Below, piece after piece: positions 61,672 to 64,000 of a stretch of 64,000 nucleotides of DNA. Source of the DNA: an uncultured virus (IMG/VR IMGVR_UViG_3300032007_000021). Lineage: Duplodnaviria > Heunggongvirae > Uroviricota > Caudoviricetes. The stretch lies in the IMG/VR virus record IMGVR_UViG_3300032007_000021. One strand, given 5' to 3'. The notes under the pieces were generated by a model. That model was not told where the DNA came from. It was given only the letters and a program-made list of their open reading frames with translations, and did not search any database. Each line of letters begins with the position of its first letter. Position 1 is the first letter of the stretch. Both the position numbers and the translations under genes were made by a program.

Positions 61672-62505
61672 ATGAAAGTTAGAAACATTGTTGCCGAATT
61701 GATAAAAATTGCAAAAGACATCATCTCTTTTGATATGACAGAAAGAGAATGGGAAAAATATCACAAAGAACATCCAAATGCAAACAAAGCAAACCATCAT
61801 ATTATTAAAGTTCCCGGAAAACATTTTTCTCAAAGTAAATATAAAGAATATATAAATCGCTAGAGAAAAGCAAAAATCAAATATTTTAAAGAATTAAAAC
61901 AAAACCATCCAAACTATATTCCAATTGTTCCAAAGAAAACTTTCGATTATCTTATCCAAAATAAAGAATATAGTTGCATATCTGCTGGAATAAATCCAAA
62001 CTCACAAGAAGATATAAATAATGCTAAAAAAGACCCTGATTTCATAAAAAACAGAACAGAATAGCTGAGAAAAGACTTGGATAAATTAGGCGTAAAATAT
62101 ACAGAAATCGTTGGAAATTACGATGGAGAAGAACCTTCTTTTTTAATAAGTCATAATGTTGATTCAAAGATTGCTCAAAAACAAAAAGACAATACTTTAC
62201 TTGTTTCTGGCAACAATTATTAGAACAACAATAAAATCATCGAAAAATTGAATCAATTAGGAAAAAAATATAATCAAGATTCGGTCGCACATTCTAAAAA
62301 CGGAAAAATGGAATGGCATTATACTACAGGAGAAAAAGCTGGAAAAAGAGTGAGAGGCTTAGGTACTCAAATGTTAAATTCAGCAGATAATTATTATTCA
62401 TAGGCAAGAGTTGGAAACAATGATTTTACAATGTGGAGTTGTGATATGTCACCAGCATGGTAGAATCCAAATGCTTTAGAAGATAATCCTTATTTCAAAT
62501 AGTGA
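61672..62505 (+). CDS. KIAKE-leader protein with DUF3293-like domain
   Basis: AGGAG RBS; open through TAGs to TGA; ISAGINP, GEEPSFLI, LGKKYNQDSV; only clear plus-strand gene. Confidence 0.7.
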
Positions 62506-62785
62506 AATTCTTCGGCATAATTTCTCTTGGAGTGCATTTACTCTTTTTACAATAAACATCTAAATCTGCCCCCTTTAAAATCAATAAACGCGCAACTTCT
62601 AAATATCCTTTTTCAAATGCAACAATAAGAGGCAATCTCAAAATAAATGTAGCACCAAAATTATATTCAAGATTTTTATTTAGTATTGTTGTTTCTGTAA
62701 TATGTTCTTTCAAATATTCTATATCATTGTTTTCAATTGCTTCATACAACCAAAAACTTGTGTATTCCTTTTCTTTTTTATTCAT
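62495..62785 (-). CDS. ankyrin-repeat-like protein
   Basis: PLIVAFEKGYLEVARLLILKGADLD. Confidence 0.65.
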   Translation of the reverse strand: MNKKEKEYTSFWLYEAIENNDIEYLKEHITETTILNKNLEYNFGATFILRLPLIVAFEKGYLEVARLLILKGADLDVYCKKSKCTPREIMPKNFTI

Positions 62786-62853
62786 TTTCACCCTTCATTT
62801 TTGATTTGATGTTAAAAATTTTTCCAAAATAAAATTAACATCTCAAAATTTTA

Positions 62854-63783
62854 TCAACATTTTTTATCTTTATAACTTTTTATTAACTACAATACAGACT
62901 CCTAAATATTATTCTTTTTCCCCACCTTTTCCAATATTTCAAAAATATCTTTTGATTCTTTCTTGAATTGTTTGAATGATTCTATATATTTCGATTGCAC
63001 AATATCTGTTTCAACCTTTATCACTTGTTCTTGTTTTTCAGGAAAAATATTGTCTCCTTGACTGTGTTTCAACACTTTTTCTTGTAAACTTATCTCTCTT
63101 TTTCCAAAAAACTATTCTATATTTATAATTGCAACTTTCGGCTATCTGTCTTTATCATCTCTACTTACTCTCAATAAAGACCCCGGATTGTAAAAAGAAA
63201 TTCCATATTTATTCTTTTGATAATCATGTCCATAATGCAAATGACCACTTAAAACCAAATCTATATTTTTATTGTTTATCATGTTCAAACTAATATTTCC
63301 AACATCATTATTATCTGACAATTCACTGTGAGTCAAAAATATATTTACTTTCTAACTTTTCTGTATGCTCTATGCTGTTTTATACAAATTCTGGCCGGAA
63401 TGACAAACATAAACATTACAACATTCAGTTTCTAACTTCTCATTTATTATTTGAAATTTATTGCCTAACAACTTGCTTAAAAAACCAATATTAGATTTCT
63501 ATACCGTTTGCCATCTAAATCCCATTTCATCATGATTTCCCATAATATAATAAACAGGAACATTATTTTTATCTAAAATATCATAAATTGGATATATCAA
63601 ATCATAATTCAGCTATCTGTGCCTATCAAAAAAATCTCCTCCAAACAAAATAAAAGCACATTTTTGATATTCAAACCAATTTAACGCTTCTTTCAGTTTA
63701 TTCAAACATGTTTCAAAAGCATTATCTAGTCTATTCTAATTTTTCAAACTAAAATGACTGTCTGTAAAAAAACCTATTTTCAT
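62854..63783 (-). CDS. SbcD/Mre11-like metallophosphoesterase nuclease
   Basis: TDSH, GGDFFD, GNHD, SGHLH, NPGS; 309 aa. Confidence 0.8.
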
Positions 63784-63809
63784 TCACCTTCTCCTATATA
63801 TAAAAAAAA

Positions 63810-63842
63810 TACCTATATGAAATTTTACTCTCATATAGGTAA
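63810..63842 (-). terminator. repeated terminator hairpin, copy 4
   Basis: part of a ~110-nt near-identical repeat of 25104-25216. Confidence 0.7.
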
Positions 63843-63872
63843 CATCTAATTTTATTTAATAAAAATGTTCAA

Positions 63873-64000
63873 TTACCACTTGTCTGGACTGTCTCCTTTT
63901 CCATGTCTTTTGTCTTTATCATATCCACCTTCCCAAGTACCTTTTTCCCAAGTTCCATCATACCAAGTACCTTTTTCCCAAGTACCATTCTTCCAAGTGC
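63873..64000 (-). CDS. W/G pentapeptide-repeat protein, 3' end (partial)
   Basis: GTWEKGTW...HGKGDSPDKW, same C-terminus as 25181..25681. Confidence 0.7.
   Translation of the reverse strand, partial: TWKNGTWEKGTWYDGTWEKGTWEGGYDKDKRHGKGDSPDKW

Noticed and set aside
53..63783. TAG = Gln (code 15)
   Set aside because: Catalytic and paralog-aligned positions call for Glu; only HPT*KP (24525) favours Gln and it tolerates Glu
53..63783. Decayed prophage full of pseudogenes
   Set aside because: Interruptions are almost exclusively TAG, with no frameshifts or internal TAA/TGA in the genes traced, and motifs and overlaps are intact
53..63783. TGA or TAA also recoded
   Set aside because: Both occur at gene ends, often in ATGA overlaps, and not inside conserved domains
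1..64000. Suppressor tRNA (CUA) in this window
   Set aside because: No cloverleaf or T-loop signature recognised by eye; needs tRNAscan-SE/ARAGORN on the whole genome

Overview
AT-rich segment of a large tailed phage genome, with almost all genes on the minus strand. It holds a tail/fibre module, DNA replication genes (primase, a split DnaE, 5'-3' exonuclease, SbcD-like), a methyltransferase cluster, a head module (major capsid, scaffold-like, protease-like, portal, terminase) and transcription regulators. The supplied standard-code ORF track is fragmented because TAG is not a stop here: reading through TAG joins the fragments into full-length genes that end in TAA/TGA. At catalytic, invariant and paralog-aligned positions TAG stands for GLUTAMATE, not the glutamine of phage code 15 (examples: TOPRIM EG motif, TnpB RuvC-II, MTase motifs, capsid RRFDLIER). 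To my knowledge TAG=Glu is not an established phage code, and it is the main candidate novel system. Also present: two ORF-less group I introns (major capsid, dnaE), a mini-intein in the terminase Walker A, two IS607 elements that each split a gene, a free-standing endonuclease that duplicates the dnaE start, a 1161-aa nuclease/double-MTase fusion, an Aah/TibC-type heptosyltransferase among fibre genes, and a family of proteins sharing an N-terminal 'KIAKEL' leader. No tRNA or CRISPR array was recognised. In translations * = in-frame TAG. Coordinates and family calls were derived by hand, without database searches.
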